Shown: in pieces, positions 46,071 through 57,274 of the stretch
How positions within the stretch are numbered: the first letter of the stretch is position 1
How the letters are laid out: each line of letters starts with the position of its first letter
From: Spartobacteria bacterium
GTDB taxonomy: Bacteria; Verrucomicrobiota; Verrucomicrobiia; Chthoniobacterales; UBA6821
DNA: 64,000 nt
Assembly: GCA_947471565.1 (NCBI GenBank)
Contig: CANIVT010000013.1
Span: 473-64,472 of the forward strand
Direction of reading: 5' to 3'
Position numbers and translations under genes: made by a program
The notes under the pieces: model-generated
Told to the model about the DNA's origin: nothing
Databases searched by the model: none
The model's input: the letters and a program-made list of their open reading frames with translations, nothing else

Positions 46071-47177
46071 ATGAAGGTTTTTCCCCGTTTTTCACGCTTC
46101 ATATTGAGGACGATTGCCCTGCTTTCCTTGTGTCAGATTGCCGAGGCGGGTTCGCCGCCTGTGACCAGGGTCTCCGACCTTGCCCGGGGAATGCACTGGG
46201 TGGGCAAAGCCGTGGACGAGCCTGATTATTTTGTCTGGTGCACCTCCCCGATTGAGGGACCGGACCGCAAGACACATCTTTTCTGCTCCCGATGGCCCAA
46301 ACAATACGGGATGGGAGGTTGGTCCAGTCGCTCCGAAATCGCCCATTATGTGGGTGATTGCCCTGAGGGCCCCTTTCGTTTCGCCGATATTGCCCTTCCA
46401 TGCGACCCCAAGGCTCCGTGGAACAACTCAATGCACAATCCCTGCATCACAAAAGTCGGAGACAAGTATGTGCTTCTCTACATTTCCTTCGACAAACGCA
46501 GCGACCGCCCTTACCTGGTCGACGATCATCATCGGATGTTCACCGGCATGGCCGTCTCCGACAGCCTGAACGGCCCATGGAGGAAACTCGGTGACGAGGG
46601 GATGGTCTTCAAGCCCTCCCCCGATCCGTCGCACTGGACCCACCATACCTGGGCCATGGATAACCCCGCCTTTCTCGCATACGGAGGAAAGTACTACATT
46701 TATTTCAAGGCTGCCCGTCAGCAACTCAAGAGTCGCTACGGCTATGCCGTTGCGGACAATCTCGAGGGCCCCTACAGGCTTTCCGATGCCCCCTGCACCG
46801 ACAACATCAACTACATCGAGGACGCGACCGCATTCACATGGGACGGCCAGGTTTGCCTCCTGACCAACGACAATATGGGATCGCACACGGGGGTTCCCGG
46901 GCGCGGGATCCTCTGGTTTTCCGACACGCCGACGGAGTTCAGGCTGGCGAACGCACAGATAGGCTTCCTTTCCACGAAGGATTACTACAGGGCGGACCTT
47001 TCGAAAGCCCGCGTGATTTACGGCAAGGACTTCAAGTTCGAGCGCCCCGGGATTCTCCTTCTCAACGGGAAGCCGTCCTATTTCTACGGCCCGTCGGGCG
47101 TCAACCTCGACGGCGATGACCATACGTGCAGTTATGTGATGAAAATCGACATGCCCGGACATTCAGCATCCCAGTGA
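46071..47177 (+). CDS. GH43-like five-bladed beta-propeller glycoside hydrolase family protein
   Basis: The start is the ATG at 46071 ('MKVFPRFSRFILRTIALLSLCQIAEA'). Motifs 'WNNSMHNPCITKVGDKYVLLY', 'GMAVSDSLNGPW', 'DNPAFLAYGGKYYIYF' and 'IEDATAFTWDGQ' fit the propeller-blade pattern of GH43/GH117-type enzymes. The family is not certain. Confidence 0.5.
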   Translation: MKVFPRFSRFILRTIALLSLCQIAEAGSPPVTRVSDLARGMHWVGKAVDEPDYFVWCTSPIEGPDRKTHLFCSRWPKQYGMGGWSSRSEIAHYVGDCPEGPFRFADIALPCDPKAPWNNSMHNPCITKVGDKYVLLYISFDKRSDRPYLVDDHHRMFTGMAVSDSLNGPWRKLGDEGMVFKPSPDPSHWTHHTWAMDNPAFLAYGGKYYIYFKAARQQLKSRYGYAVADNLEGPYRLSDAPCTDNINYIEDATAFTWDGQVCLLTNDNMGSHTGVPGRGILWFSDTPTEFRLANAQIGFLSTKDYYRADLSKARVIYGKDFKFERPGILLLNGKPSYFYGPSGVNLDGDDHTCSYVMKIDMPGHSASQ

Positions 47178-47323
47178 ACCGCTTGAAAATATTCCCGATG
47201 CCCTCCTTGTTTTCCTCACGGAATCACTCCTCCCGTTCGCGCATAACTTCTCTCCCAACCTCGCCGATGATGGCGCGTTGTTTTGGAGTCGGGATCCGCC
47301 GGACAGCGATTGGCATCACGACG

Positions 47324-49861
47324 ATGGTGAAAGTCCATGTGTTTTTCCGTGCAACGGCAAGGCGGGTCCTGCCGTTCATCGGCTTCCTTTTGCAGACAAC
47401 CCTGATGAGTGGGCAGACTGTGCCGTCGGTCCCCGGGAATCCCGAATCCCTCTTCCGCTCACCACCCCCCGAGGCAAGTCCTCTCGTGTATTGGTTCTGG
47501 ATGGGCAGGAACATCACCAAGGAGGGAATCACGGGCGATCTCGAGGCTCTGAAAGCGGCCGGATTCGGGGGAGGTACCATGTGCAATCTCGGCGACCAGT
47601 GCACCCCGTGGCCCTATGAGTTCCTGAACAGCATCAATCCCGGGATGGATCCCTATCTCAGCCCCTCGTGGTGGGAACTCGTTCGTCACGCGGCCTCAGA
47701 ATCCAAGAGGCTCGGTTTGGAATTCGGAATGCATAACTGTCCCGGCTATGAAACGAGCGGGGGTCCGTGGATCACGCCGGAGCTCTCCATGCTTTCCACC
47801 TGCTACTCCGTCACCGATGTGACCGGATCGGGCAGAAAAGTCCTCAGCCTGGCCAGGCCCCATGTCGATCCCCGTTCGGATTCTCCGTGGCCGGTTTTCA
47901 ACGCGGACACCAGGACGACGGAACGTCCCGTGGTCGAGGCCAGAAAGACCTTCTACCGAGACATCAAGGTGCTGGCTGTTCCGGCCGAGGGCGATGTCAA
48001 TCAGGGGGCCGTGCAGGACCTGACGGATCACCTGAAACCCGACGGCACGATCGAGTGGGATGTTCCTGGGGGGAACTGGAAAATTTACCGGATCGGCTAT
48101 ACGACGGCGGGAAAGTTGGTTAATCCCACCATTTGGAAATCGACGGGGCTGGAATGTGACAAAATGAACCCGGTCGCCGTCACCCTGCACGTCGACCATG
48201 TCCTTGCCGACATCAAAGCGCACCTCGGCGACCTTGTGGGGCAGGGATTGAAGTACCTTTGGATCGACAGTTACGAGTACAAGGATCCTCTCTCAGCGTG
48301 GACTCCGGCGATGCTGGAGGAGTTCCGCAAGAGAAGGGGCTACGATGCCGTGCCTTTCCTGCCCGTCCTTGCCGGCAGAACGGTTGATTCCGCGAAACGC
48401 ACGGAACAGTTCAAAGCTGATTTTCACCGCACCATCCACGATCTCTACCGGGACGTCCATTTCGCCATCACGAGCAGAAAGTGCCATGAGGCCGGTCTCG
48501 AGCTCCGCTGCGAGCCCTACATCGGCCCGTGGTCCATTCCCGAGATCATGCCCCATCTGGACGGTGCCTCCGCGGAGTTCTGGAACAAAAACGGCACATA
48601 TGGTCCGGTCGCCGTGAAGGGGGTCGTCGACGCATGCCGGCAAACCGGGCATTCCGTCATTACGGCCGAGGCGTTCACCGCGACGCCGGGCGCAAGTCAT
48701 TGGGATGAGACGCCGGGTGCCATCAAGATCGTGGGCGATCTCGCCTTCTGCGACGGGATCAACCGCTTCATGCTCCATCGGTTCACCCACCAACCGTGGA
48801 ATGAACGCTACAAACCCGGCATGGTGATGGGGCAGTGGGGCACCCACTTCGACCGCACGCAGACATGGTGGGAGCCGGCCAAGGCATGGGTCTCCTACCT
48901 CCGGAGGTGTCAGGCACTGCTTCAGTGGGGTTCCCCTTCAACCAACGGCATTCCCAATGTGACGAATGGAAAGGATCTGCACTCCATCGGGCGTACCGAC
49001 GGCAAGACGCATCTCTTTTTTTTGGCGAACTCCACGACCAACAGGATTGCCACGAACTGCTTGTTCGGCATTTCTGGCATGGCTCCCGAACTATGGGATC
49101 CCGTGGGTGGATCCATCCGCCCGCTTCCTGATTTTTCACCGCAAACGGGGGGTACTTCGGTCCCCCTGGAGTTCGAACCCGCGCAAAGTTACTTCGTTGT
49201 TTTCCGGGAACCCGTGAATGAGTCCGGTAAGCTGCCCGTTGCCTCCCGGAATTTTGCCAAGACCGGACCCGTTCTTCCGATCAAGGGCCCTTGGCAGGTT
49301 AGGTTCGATCCCTCGTGGGGAGGCCCCGCCGATCCGGTATGTTTCACCCGCCTCGAGGACTGGACGAAAAATGCCGATCCGGGAATCCGCTTCTACAGTG
49401 GCACGGCGACTTACTCTGCGAGCTTTGACTTTCACGATGTGAAGGCTTCCGGATTGCTTCTGGATCTCGGGCGGGTCAACCATCTGGCACGCGTTCAGTT
49501 GAACGGCAAGGATCTCGGAACTGTCTGGACAGCTCCCTGGCAAGTTCCGATACCGGCGGGTCTTCTCAAGTCCACCTCCAACGCACTGACGATCGAGGTG
49601 ACCAACGTCTGGGCCAACAGACTGATCGGTGACGAGCAGGAACCCGACGATTGCGAATGGATGCCCAGCCCGATGTGGGGTGGAAAAGTCCTGACGCGGA
49701 TTCCTGACTGGGTGATGCGAGGCACGGATCGTCCTTCCAAGGGGCGACGATGCTTCACGACATGGAACTATTTCTCGAAGAATTCACCCTTGGTATCCTC
49801 CGGGTTGCTTGGGCCGGTTCGTATTCTTGCCGAGGAAAATCGTGCCAGCTCCCAGGAATGA
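47324..49861 (+). CDS. GH106-like glycoside hydrolase (putative alpha-L-rhamnosidase)
   Basis: The start chosen is the ATG at 47324, which is followed by a hydrophobic signal. The N-terminal 'FRSPPPEASPLVYWFWMGRNITKEGITGDLEALKAAGFGGG' and C-terminal jelly-roll 'VQLNGKDLGTVWTAPWQVPI...LTIEVTNVWANRLIGD' match what I recall for BT0986-type GH106 and related enzymes. Confidence 0.5.
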   Translation: MVKVHVFFRATARRVLPFIGFLLQTTLMSGQTVPSVPGNPESLFRSPPPEASPLVYWFWMGRNITKEGITGDLEALKAAGFGGGTMCNLGDQCTPWPYEFLNSINPGMDPYLSPSWWELVRHAASESKRLGLEFGMHNCPGYETSGGPWITPELSMLSTCYSVTDVTGSGRKVLSLARPHVDPRSDSPWPVFNADTRTTERPVVEARKTFYRDIKVLAVPAEGDVNQGAVQDLTDHLKPDGTIEWDVPGGNWKIYRIGYTTAGKLVNPTIWKSTGLECDKMNPVAVTLHVDHVLADIKAHLGDLVGQGLKYLWIDSYEYKDPLSAWTPAMLEEFRKRRGYDAVPFLPVLAGRTVDSAKRTEQFKADFHRTIHDLYRDVHFAITSRKCHEAGLELRCEPYIGPWSIPEIMPHLDGASAEFWNKNGTYGPVAVKGVVDACRQTGHSVITAEAFTATPGASHWDETPGAIKIVGDLAFCDGINRFMLHRFTHQPWNERYKPGMVMGQWGTHFDRTQTWWEPAKAWVSYLRRCQALLQWGSPSTNGIPNVTNGKDLHSIGRTDGKTHLFFLANSTTNRIATNCLFGISGMAPELWDPVGGSIRPLPDFSPQTGGTSVPLEFEPAQSYFVVFREPVNESGKLPVASRNFAKTGPVLPIKGPWQVRFDPSWGGPADPVCFTRLEDWTKNADPGIRFYSGTATYSASFDFHDVKASGLLLDLGRVNHLARVQLNGKDLGTVWTAPWQVPIPAGLLKSTSNALTIEVTNVWANRLIGDEQEPDDCEWMPSPMWGGKVLTRIPDWVMRGTDRPSKGRRCFTTWNYFSKNSPLVSSGLLGPVRILAEENRASSQE

Positions 49862-51435
49862 AGCCTTGTGCCACAGACATCGCCAAAAGCACCCCGTTCG
49901 TTCCCATCCTGCTGGGCACGACCCTCGTCTTGATCGCCCACCTGTTCGGGATCGATCAAGCCTCGACACCGATCGCCGGGGTGATTCCGCAAATCGACAA
50001 AGCCTTCAAATGGGATGATTCCATGGGGGATACTGCCGATCCGTTTTGGGCGGATGACGATCAACTCTATCACTTCGCGTGCGACGGCCGCGGATTCGGC
50101 TCCCTGCAACGCAATCTTTGTTTCAACAAACTTTCGGGAGTGGAACTGGATTCCCTGAAAGGATCCGCTGTCAATTCCATGGATGAATACGGAACCAACG
50201 GAGCATCCATGAACGGAACCTCCACGAACGACGGTGCCAATTGGAAGGTAACCGGCCAGGAGTGTATCGACGGCGTTTTTTACGCGTTTGTCGCGCGAAA
50301 CAAATACGGAAACCGTTCCAAGGATCCGCTGATGCGACAGACATCGGTCAATGCCAGCCTCATCAAATCCACCGACCGTGGCCTGACATGGACCAGGTCC
50401 GCACATGAAAACTACGAGCATCCCATGTGGCCCGGGAGCCGTTTCGGTGCCCCGGCCTTCATCCATTACGGCCGCAACGGCGGACAGGTTGGCGGAGACG
50501 GGGCGGGCAAATATGTCTACGCCGTTTCAAATAACGGTTTCTGGAACGGCGGGGACGATCTCATCCTGGCCCGTGTCCTCCGGACGGAACTCCCCAAACT
50601 GAATGCCACGGACTGGGAATACTTCTCTGGCGGTGAGGGACTGCAGGACTCCTCCTGGAGTCGTGACATAAGCAAGGCCGTGCCGATCCTGAGCAGGCCC
50701 GCCAAACTGGGGTGGACCGCCCCCGTCTTCATTCCCTCATTGAACCGTTACCTCCTTGTCTCCTGGTATGTCACCCCGACGCTCAAGGGATGGTTCAATC
50801 CCGAGCGTGTGATTTACGACTTTTTTGAGGCCCCCCATCCGTGGGGGCCGTGGAATCAGGCCGGTTCCATGGACGACACCTTCCTCGGGGGTGCGCATAT
50901 GTATGGCCCCAACCTGTGCGCCAAGTACCAGGAGCAGACCCCTGACGGGGTGAGGATCCAACTTTTCAGTTCGGGAACCATCTTCAGGGATGTTCCGGGC
51001 TCCGTCTACAAAAGCTGGCGCTTTCCCCTCCTGCTCCGAACGAAGTCGCTGCCCGAAGGAACCATGATCAACGACACCGATCCGGCGATCCGCTATTCGA
51101 AGGACTGGCAGGCCGTCGCCCGGGAATCGGCCAAAGATTACCACAAGGACTGCCACCTGACGCGCTTCCCGGGTGCGACCGCGGAGTATCGCTTCAACGG
51201 ATCGGGCCTGGAGATCTGGACCTCGAAAAACCAGGGGAACGGATCCTTTGATGTCCTGATCGATGGCAAGCCCGCCGGGACCGTCGACACCAAACTCCGC
51301 AATTTCCAGTATTCTGGCCTTGTCCAAGTCCCCGTATTTCGCGATGAGAACCTCACCCTGCGAGATCACGAGGTGAAGCTCATCGTCAAGGGCGATGGCA
51401 ATGTCGCCCTGGATGCCTTCCGGATCACCAAATAA
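49858..51435 (+). CDS. BNR/Asp-box beta-propeller protein (DUF4185-like) with a C-terminal carbohydrate-binding-like jelly-roll
   Basis: The ATG at 49858 overlaps the upstream stop (ATGA). It has an Asp-box 'STDRGLTW' and 'KYVYAVSNNGFWNGGDDLILARV'. The C-terminal 'AEYRFNGSGLEIWTSKNQGNGSFDVLIDGKPAGTVD...HEVKLIVKGDGNVALDAFRI' looks like a CBM-type module. Confidence 0.4.
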   Translation: MKPCATDIAKSTPFVPILLGTTLVLIAHLFGIDQASTPIAGVIPQIDKAFKWDDSMGDTADPFWADDDQLYHFACDGRGFGSLQRNLCFNKLSGVELDSLKGSAVNSMDEYGTNGASMNGTSTNDGANWKVTGQECIDGVFYAFVARNKYGNRSKDPLMRQTSVNASLIKSTDRGLTWTRSAHENYEHPMWPGSRFGAPAFIHYGRNGGQVGGDGAGKYVYAVSNNGFWNGGDDLILARVLRTELPKLNATDWEYFSGGEGLQDSSWSRDISKAVPILSRPAKLGWTAPVFIPSLNRYLLVSWYVTPTLKGWFNPERVIYDFFEAPHPWGPWNQAGSMDDTFLGGAHMYGPNLCAKYQEQTPDGVRIQLFSSGTIFRDVPGSVYKSWRFPLLLRTKSLPEGTMINDTDPAIRYSKDWQAVARESAKDYHKDCHLTRFPGATAEYRFNGSGLEIWTSKNQGNGSFDVLIDGKPAGTVDTKLRNFQYSGLVQVPVFRDENLTLRDHEVKLIVKGDGNVALDAFRITK

Positions 51436-51444
51436 CCAATCCCC

Positions 51445-52602
51445 ATGAACCCATTCCTCGGCGTCTTCTTCCACTGGCTCGGAGGGTTTGCCTCCGGGAG
51501 TTTCTATGTCCCGTACCGCTTCGTGAAAAAGTGGGCTTGGGAGACCGCATGGATGGTCGGGGGGTTCTTCTCCTGGATCATCATGCCGTCGTTTCTGGCA
51601 CTGCTGATGACCCATGATCTCCAAGGGGTGCTGTCGCGTCAGAACGGGCCCACGCTCTGGTGGACCTATTTTTTCGGGGCGCTCTGGGGACTCGGCGGTC
51701 TCACCTTCGGCCTCACGATGCGCTATCTCGGCATGTCGCTCGGCATGGGCGTGGCCTTGGGCTACTGCGCCGCGTTCGGGACGCTGCTTCCGCCCGTCGC
51801 CAAGCTCTTTATCCCTTCAATTCCCTGCGACGAGACGATCCTCCAGATCGCCTCCAATCTTCCCGGCCAGATCACCCTGGTCGGGGTTCTGTTATGCCTT
51901 GTCGGCATCGCCCTTGCGGCGCTCGCCGGTCTTCACAAGGAAAGGGAGATGGACGCCGAATCAAAGACCGCCGCGATCAAGGAATTCAATTTCCCGAAGG
52001 GCATCGCCGTGGCCACGTTCTCCGGAGTGATGAGCGCCTGCTTCGCCTTCGCACTGACCGCGGGCAAGCCGATCGGTGAAGCCTCGTTGCTGGCCGGCAC
52101 GGACCAGATCTGGACGGGGCTTCCCAAGCTTGTCGTCGTCCTGCTCGGCGGTTTCACAACGAATTTCCTCTGGTGCGCCTACCTGCATGTCAAAAACGGA
52201 ACCGCCTATCAGTATCTCAGCGGCACGGTCCGCGAGGAGCATGCCTCGATCGGTGGGGCGGTAGGGGAGCATGCTCCGTCGACCCCGGTCGCACCCGTCG
52301 ACGGCGACCAGAAAGTCCCGATGATGCGCAACTATGCTTTCTCCGCTTTGGCCGGCACGATCTGGTACCTGCAGTTCTTCTTTTACACGATGGGTGAAAC
52401 GCAGATGGGCAAGTTCGGCTTTGCCAGCTGGACGCTCCACATGGCGAGCATCATCATCTTCAGCACGATGTGGGGATGGATCTTCCGCGAGTGGAAGGGC
52501 TCCGGCAAAAAGACCCACACCCTGATCGGTCTGGGCATCGCAACGCTGATCTTCTCCACTGTCATCATCGGCATCGGCACTTGGCTCAAGGGCCATTCCT
52601 GA
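51445..52602 (+). CDS. rhaT: L-rhamnose:H+ symporter
   Basis: 385 aa polytopic membrane protein. The N-terminus 'GVFFHWLGGFASGSFYVPYRFVKKWAWETAWMVGGFFSWIIMP' parallels E. coli RhaT '[43 protein letters not shown]'. Confidence 0.9.
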   Translation: MNPFLGVFFHWLGGFASGSFYVPYRFVKKWAWETAWMVGGFFSWIIMPSFLALLMTHDLQGVLSRQNGPTLWWTYFFGALWGLGGLTFGLTMRYLGMSLGMGVALGYCAAFGTLLPPVAKLFIPSIPCDETILQIASNLPGQITLVGVLLCLVGIALAALAGLHKEREMDAESKTAAIKEFNFPKGIAVATFSGVMSACFAFALTAGKPIGEASLLAGTDQIWTGLPKLVVVLLGGFTTNFLWCAYLHVKNGTAYQYLSGTVREEHASIGGAVGEHAPSTPVAPVDGDQKVPMMRNYAFSALAGTIWYLQFFFYTMGETQMGKFGFASWTLHMASIIIFSTMWGWIFREWKGSGKKTHTLIGLGIATLIFSTVIIGIGTWLKGHS

Positions 52603-52619
52603 TCCGTTCAATCCTCCCC

Positions 52620-53540
52620 ATGATGAAGAAACACATCGCCTTTTTCTGTCTTGCCCTGCTGCCGGTCGGTGGAGTCGCCCGTCTTGCCGCGGCCTCGGCA
52701 GACCCCCTCCTTGCCCAGGCGCCCCGGCAGCAAGGTTCACTCTCCTTCCCCGGCGAAATGATCGACCTGTGGCACGGGTACAAGCGTCACCAGTTCATGG
52801 TCGACGGCTGCAAAGCCTGGGTGGTCGAACCCGCAAAGCCGCTTCCCGGGAAGCCGTGGTCCTGGTGCCTGCAGTTTCCCGAGGCCTTCACCGCTCGCAC
52901 GCCGGTGCCTGGTCTTCTTGCCGCCGGTTATCATCACGCCCATATCGATGTGGGAAACACCTTTGGATCCCCTGCGGCCATCCGCCACTTCAACGCCTTT
53001 TACGAGATGCTCACCCGTGCCGGTCTTTCGGACAAAGTCGTACTGGCAGGACTCAGTAGGGGGGGGCTCTACGCTTACCGATGGGCTTGTGAAAACCCCG
53101 GAAAGGTCTCCGTGATCTACGCTGACGCCCCTGTTTGCGACATGAAGAGCTGGCCGGGCGGGAGGGGAAAGGGAAAAGGGAGCAAGGCGGACTGGGATGC
53201 CGCCATGAAATGCTACGGATTCAGGGATGAGGCCGCCGCGCTTGCTTATCCTTCCAATCCGATCGACACCCTGGCACCGCTTGCCAAGGCCGGGGTGCCG
53301 CTGATCCATGTGGTGGGGGATGCCGACAACATCGTTCCTGTGATCGAAAACACCGCGATCATCGAGGAGCGGTACAAACAACTTGGCGGCTCCATCGAGG
53401 TCATTCACAAGCCCGGGGTCGGGCATCATCCTCACGGGATGGACGATCCGAAGCCCGTCGTCGATTTCATCCTCCGTCATGCTTCCTTCGCGGGCCCCTC
53501 TTCCCAAAACACCACGAACACCGCCACTTCAAGGAACTGA
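52620..53540 (+). CDS. Alpha/beta-hydrolase esterase, secreted (putative carbohydrate esterase)
   Basis: The start is the ATG at 52620 ('[18 protein letters not shown]'). Candidate triad residues occur in canonical order: 'LAGLSRGG' (Ser), '[11 protein letters not shown]' (Asp) and 'GVGHHPHG' (His). Confidence 0.65.
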   Translation: MMKKHIAFFCLALLPVGGVARLAAASADPLLAQAPRQQGSLSFPGEMIDLWHGYKRHQFMVDGCKAWVVEPAKPLPGKPWSWCLQFPEAFTARTPVPGLLAAGYHHAHIDVGNTFGSPAAIRHFNAFYEMLTRAGLSDKVVLAGLSRGGLYAYRWACENPGKVSVIYADAPVCDMKSWPGGRGKGKGSKADWDAAMKCYGFRDEAAALAYPSNPIDTLAPLAKAGVPLIHVVGDADNIVPVIENTAIIEERYKQLGGSIEVIHKPGVGHHPHGMDDPKPVVDFILRHASFAGPSSQNTTNTATSRN

Positions 53541-53542
53541 CC

Positions 53543-54784
53543 ATGAACGCCTACGAGATTGCCAAGGAAACCTACGCCGCCCATGGAGTCGACACCGAGG
53601 AGGTGCTCAACCGACTTGCCGTCACCCCGATCTCCCTCCACTGCTGGCAGGGGGATGATGTTGGGGGGTTTGAAAACGTCGGCGGTGATCTGGCCGGAAG
53701 CGGTCTTGCCGCCACGGGGAATTACCCCGGTAAGGCGCGTACCCCGGACGAACTGCGTCAGGATCTGGAGAAAGCCCTCTCACTGATCCCCGGCAAGCAC
53801 CGTCTCAATCTCCACGCCTGCTATGCGGAATTGGGCGGCAGAAAAAAGGAGCGTAGCGACTACGGTGTCGGGGAGTTCCAAGGATGGATCGACTGGGCCA
53901 AGTCCCGGGGGCTCGGAATGGATTTCAACCCCAGCTTCTTCGCTCATCCCAAGGCCTCCTCCGGTTTCACCCTCTCCAGTCCAGACAAAGGAATCCGCGA
54001 TTACTGGATCGAACATGGCAAAGCCTGCCGCCGGATCGGCGCCGAGATCGGCCGTCAGCTCGGATCCACCTGCGTCACCAATGTCTGGATTCCGGACGGC
54101 TCCAAGGATCTGCCCGCCGACCGCAAATCACCCCGCCTGAGGCTTGAATCCGCGCTCGACGAGGTCTTTTCAGAGAAGATCGCTCCTCAACACAACCTCG
54201 ACGCCGTGGAGAGTAAGCTTTTCGGAATCGGAAGCGAAAGCTACGTGGTCGGCTCCCATGAATTCTACATGGGGTATGCCGTGAAGAACCAAAAGCTCCT
54301 CTGTCTTGACGCCGGCCACTTCCATCCGACCGAGCAACTCGCCGACAAGATTTCGTCAGTACTCCAGTTCGTGCCAGAACTTCTTCTCCATGTGAGCCGT
54401 GGCGTCCGATGGGACAGCGACCATGTCGTCCTGCTTGACGATCCCACGATCGCCATCATGGAGGAACTGGTGCGGGGTGAATTCCTCGGCCGGACCCACA
54501 TCGGTCTTGATTTCTTCGATGCCTCGATCAACCGCATCGCCGCTTGGATCATCGGGTCCCGATCCACCCAGAAAGCCCTGCTCACGGCACTTCTGCAACC
54601 GTTGGCGCAACTTCGTGCCGCGGAGGAGGAAGGTGCTTTCTGGGAGCGCCTCGCCATCATGGAAGAATCGAAAACACTGCCCATCGGCTCCGTTTGGGAG
54701 GAGTTCCTCCGCCGGAACGACGTGCCGTGCAACTGGATGGCCGAGGTCCGCCAGTATGAGTCCCTGGTATTGGCAGGACGATGA
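53543..54784 (+). CDS. rhaA: L-rhamnose isomerase
   Basis: 413 aa. '[16 protein letters not shown]...[36 protein letters not shown]' parallels E. coli RhaA '[16 protein letters not shown]...[36 protein letters not shown]'. Confidence 0.92.
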   Translation: MNAYEIAKETYAAHGVDTEEVLNRLAVTPISLHCWQGDDVGGFENVGGDLAGSGLAATGNYPGKARTPDELRQDLEKALSLIPGKHRLNLHACYAELGGRKKERSDYGVGEFQGWIDWAKSRGLGMDFNPSFFAHPKASSGFTLSSPDKGIRDYWIEHGKACRRIGAEIGRQLGSTCVTNVWIPDGSKDLPADRKSPRLRLESALDEVFSEKIAPQHNLDAVESKLFGIGSESYVVGSHEFYMGYAVKNQKLLCLDAGHFHPTEQLADKISSVLQFVPELLLHVSRGVRWDSDHVVLLDDPTIAIMEELVRGEFLGRTHIGLDFFDASINRIAAWIIGSRSTQKALLTALLQPLAQLRAAEEEGAFWERLAIMEESKTLPIGSVWEEFLRRNDVPCNWMAEVRQYESLVLAGR

Positions 54785-57264
54785 TGACATCTCTTGGGTT
54801 TTCTCTTTTGCTTTTGGCGGCGGGGGCGGGTGATTCCTATGAGGATACACGCGGACCGGTTCAGGTTGCGGGTCTTCATCCGAAGGTTTCCCGGGACGGG
54901 GTTGAGGCCCCTAGTTTCCGGTGGTCCCCTTTTTCAACGGATCCCGACCGCTGGTCCGCTCTTTGGGTGACGGCTCCCCGCGCGGTCAAGGGGATGACTT
55001 CCACGGGATCCCTTCTGCGCGGTGAGGCCGTATTGCCGGCCCAACCCCTGCGTGCCGAGGCAAGGATAGCCTGCTCCGCCCCCTACCTGCTTTACATAAA
55101 CGGGACGCCGGTTTCCCGCGGTCCTGCCGATCAGGGCAAGGACTATGCCGACAGGGGTTTCCAGCGCACCCCCTTTTACGACCTTCGCGATCTGACTCCA
55201 TTTTTTCGTTCCGGCACCAACACGATGGCCGTGCTCACCGTTCCCGGAGCGCGCTTTCTTCTTGAGTCTCAGTGTTCATTGCCAGGCGGAGGAAGCAAGG
55301 TCGTCGGCACCGACGGGACTTGGAGAGGCACCCCCGCTTCGTTCCTAACTGTATCTTCAGGGATTTCATACGGGTCCTCGGGTTCAAAACGTTTTCAAAC
55401 CTTCGATGCGGGTAAGGAGCCTGTCGGCTGGAGCGGCCCTCATTTCGATGACTCCTCCTGGACGAAGGTCGGTGCCGGAACCTTGTCCCCGGCATCGACC
55501 TCCGATGCTCCGGTCGCTGTCAGAAAAGGGGAACTGCGGGCAAGCGAACTCCCTCCCTGTATGGAAACGCTCTATCCCGTCAAGGAGGTCGTCGCCGTGC
55601 CGGGCGGGCACCTTGATGTGCCTGCCGGTGCATTGACCGGGGGTAAGCCATTGGAAATCACGGGCGACGGATCGGTTGACGTGATCTTCGACCGTGTGAT
55701 GTCAGCCCGCATCGGATTCAGGATCCGTGGGGGTGCTGGAGCACAAATCCTCTTCACACCCTCCGAGTTGCAGGGCAGGGGCAAGGTCCCGGCCGGACTG
55801 CTGCTTCCGCGCGAGGGGATCCAGACCTTTGAGACCAGAGGATTCCATGCGGTGGGGGCGGTGCGCCTTGAATTCCGGAATGTCACCAAGCCGTTCGAGA
55901 TCCTTGAGGTGACCGCTGACTGGACCTCCCAACCCCTTTCTTACGAGGGATCGTTCGAGTGCAGCGACCCGTTCCTCAACCGGCTTTGGAAAGCCTGTCG
56001 CACCTCGGTCCAGATCAATTTTCAGACCCACCACCTCGATTCACCGACTCACCAGGAGCCGATCAGCGACTACGGCGACTACCTGATCGAGGATTTGGTT
56101 GCATATAATGCGTTCGGTTACGGCAACTTGACACTGATCCGCCAAGATCTCCGAAAGTGGGCGGCGATCATGAGGGATGCGGACTTCCGTACGTTCCACA
56201 CCAGTTATGCCCTGATGTGGCTTCAGGCTTTGATGAACTACTACGACCGTACCGGTGATGCGTCGCTGGTGAAGGAACTCGCCCCGACCGTGCACGATCT
56301 GCTCGCGCAATTCGCCACCTATGTGGGTCCCGAGGGACTCGTGTCCCAGGCTCCCGACTATATGTTCATGGACTGGGTGACGTTGGGAGGTCTTCCCGCA
56401 CACCACCCGCCCGCCGAAATTGGCATGGGCTACATGACCGCGCTTTACTACCGGGCTCTCGCCGACGGTATCCGCGTCGCGGAAATCGCCGGCACCCCCG
56501 AGAAGTCCTCCACTTACCGTAATCTGCGGACCAGGATTCTGGGCGGCTACAACTCTCTCCTCTGGGATTCTGCCGCAGGTCTTTACCGCGACGGAGTTTC
56601 CCATCTCTCAAAGGTTCCACCCCACAAGTGGATGCCCGCCGATCAAGGAACAATCATCCACTCCGCCCAGAACAACGCCATGGCTGTGGCGTACGGTTTG
56701 GCGGATGACAAAAAACCCGGCGAACTGATGGAACGAACCCTCGCGATCCGTCCCTGGAACCTTCAACCCTACTTCATGCACTTCGTGTTCGATGCCATGG
56801 ATCGGTCGGGTGTCTACGAGAAGGAAGCCAACACATGGCTCCGCAAGTGGACTATCAACGACCGGACCCAGTCGCTTCTCGAGGCCAACGGAATGGGAGA
56901 TCTCAGCCATGGTTGGACCAGTACCCCGCTCTACCAAATGTCCGCCCGTATCCTGGGCGTGGAACCCGCATCGCCGGGTTTTGACAGGATTCTCGTCAAA
57001 CCCCGTCTCGGCGATTTACAGTGGGCCAAGGGGATTGTTCCAACGCCGCACGGCCCGGTTTCTGTATCCTGGGCCGCGGAGAAGGATGGACTCCGGTTCG
57101 ATGTGACGTTGCCCGAGGGAGCCAGCGGAGTGCTCTCGCTTCCAACCAACGGCACCAATGCTGCCTTGGATCTTGATGGGAAGTCCGTTTCCGGAACATT
57201 GAATGGTGGTCGATTGGACGTATCGATCGGACCCGGTCATCACGTTGGCACAACATCCCCCTGA
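54781..57264 (+). CDS. GH78-like alpha-L-rhamnosidase (six-hairpin), secreted
   Basis: The ATG overlaps the rhaA stop (ATGA). The C-terminal '[58 protein letters not shown]' is a typical GH78 catalytic/C-terminal region. The central '[17 protein letters not shown]' is a variant of the DCPxREKxGWxGD motif. Confidence 0.7.
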   Translation: MMTSLGFSLLLLAAGAGDSYEDTRGPVQVAGLHPKVSRDGVEAPSFRWSPFSTDPDRWSALWVTAPRAVKGMTSTGSLLRGEAVLPAQPLRAEARIACSAPYLLYINGTPVSRGPADQGKDYADRGFQRTPFYDLRDLTPFFRSGTNTMAVLTVPGARFLLESQCSLPGGGSKVVGTDGTWRGTPASFLTVSSGISYGSSGSKRFQTFDAGKEPVGWSGPHFDDSSWTKVGAGTLSPASTSDAPVAVRKGELRASELPPCMETLYPVKEVVAVPGGHLDVPAGALTGGKPLEITGDGSVDVIFDRVMSARIGFRIRGGAGAQILFTPSELQGRGKVPAGLLLPREGIQTFETRGFHAVGAVRLEFRNVTKPFEILEVTADWTSQPLSYEGSFECSDPFLNRLWKACRTSVQINFQTHHLDSPTHQEPISDYGDYLIEDLVAYNAFGYGNLTLIRQDLRKWAAIMRDADFRTFHTSYALMWLQALMNYYDRTGDASLVKELAPTVHDLLAQFATYVGPEGLVSQAPDYMFMDWVTLGGLPAHHPPAEIGMGYMTALYYRALADGIRVAEIAGTPEKSSTYRNLRTRILGGYNSLLWDSAAGLYRDGVSHLSKVPPHKWMPADQGTIIHSAQNNAMAVAYGLADDKKPGELMERTLAIRPWNLQPYFMHFVFDAMDRSGVYEKEANTWLRKWTINDRTQSLLEANGMGDLSHGWTSTPLYQMSARILGVEPASPGFDRILVKPRLGDLQWAKGIVPTPHGPVSVSWAAEKDGLRFDVTLPEGASGVLSLPTNGTNAALDLDGKSVSGTLNGGRLDVSIGPGHHVGTTSP

Positions 57265-57274
57265 CCTCCCTCTT

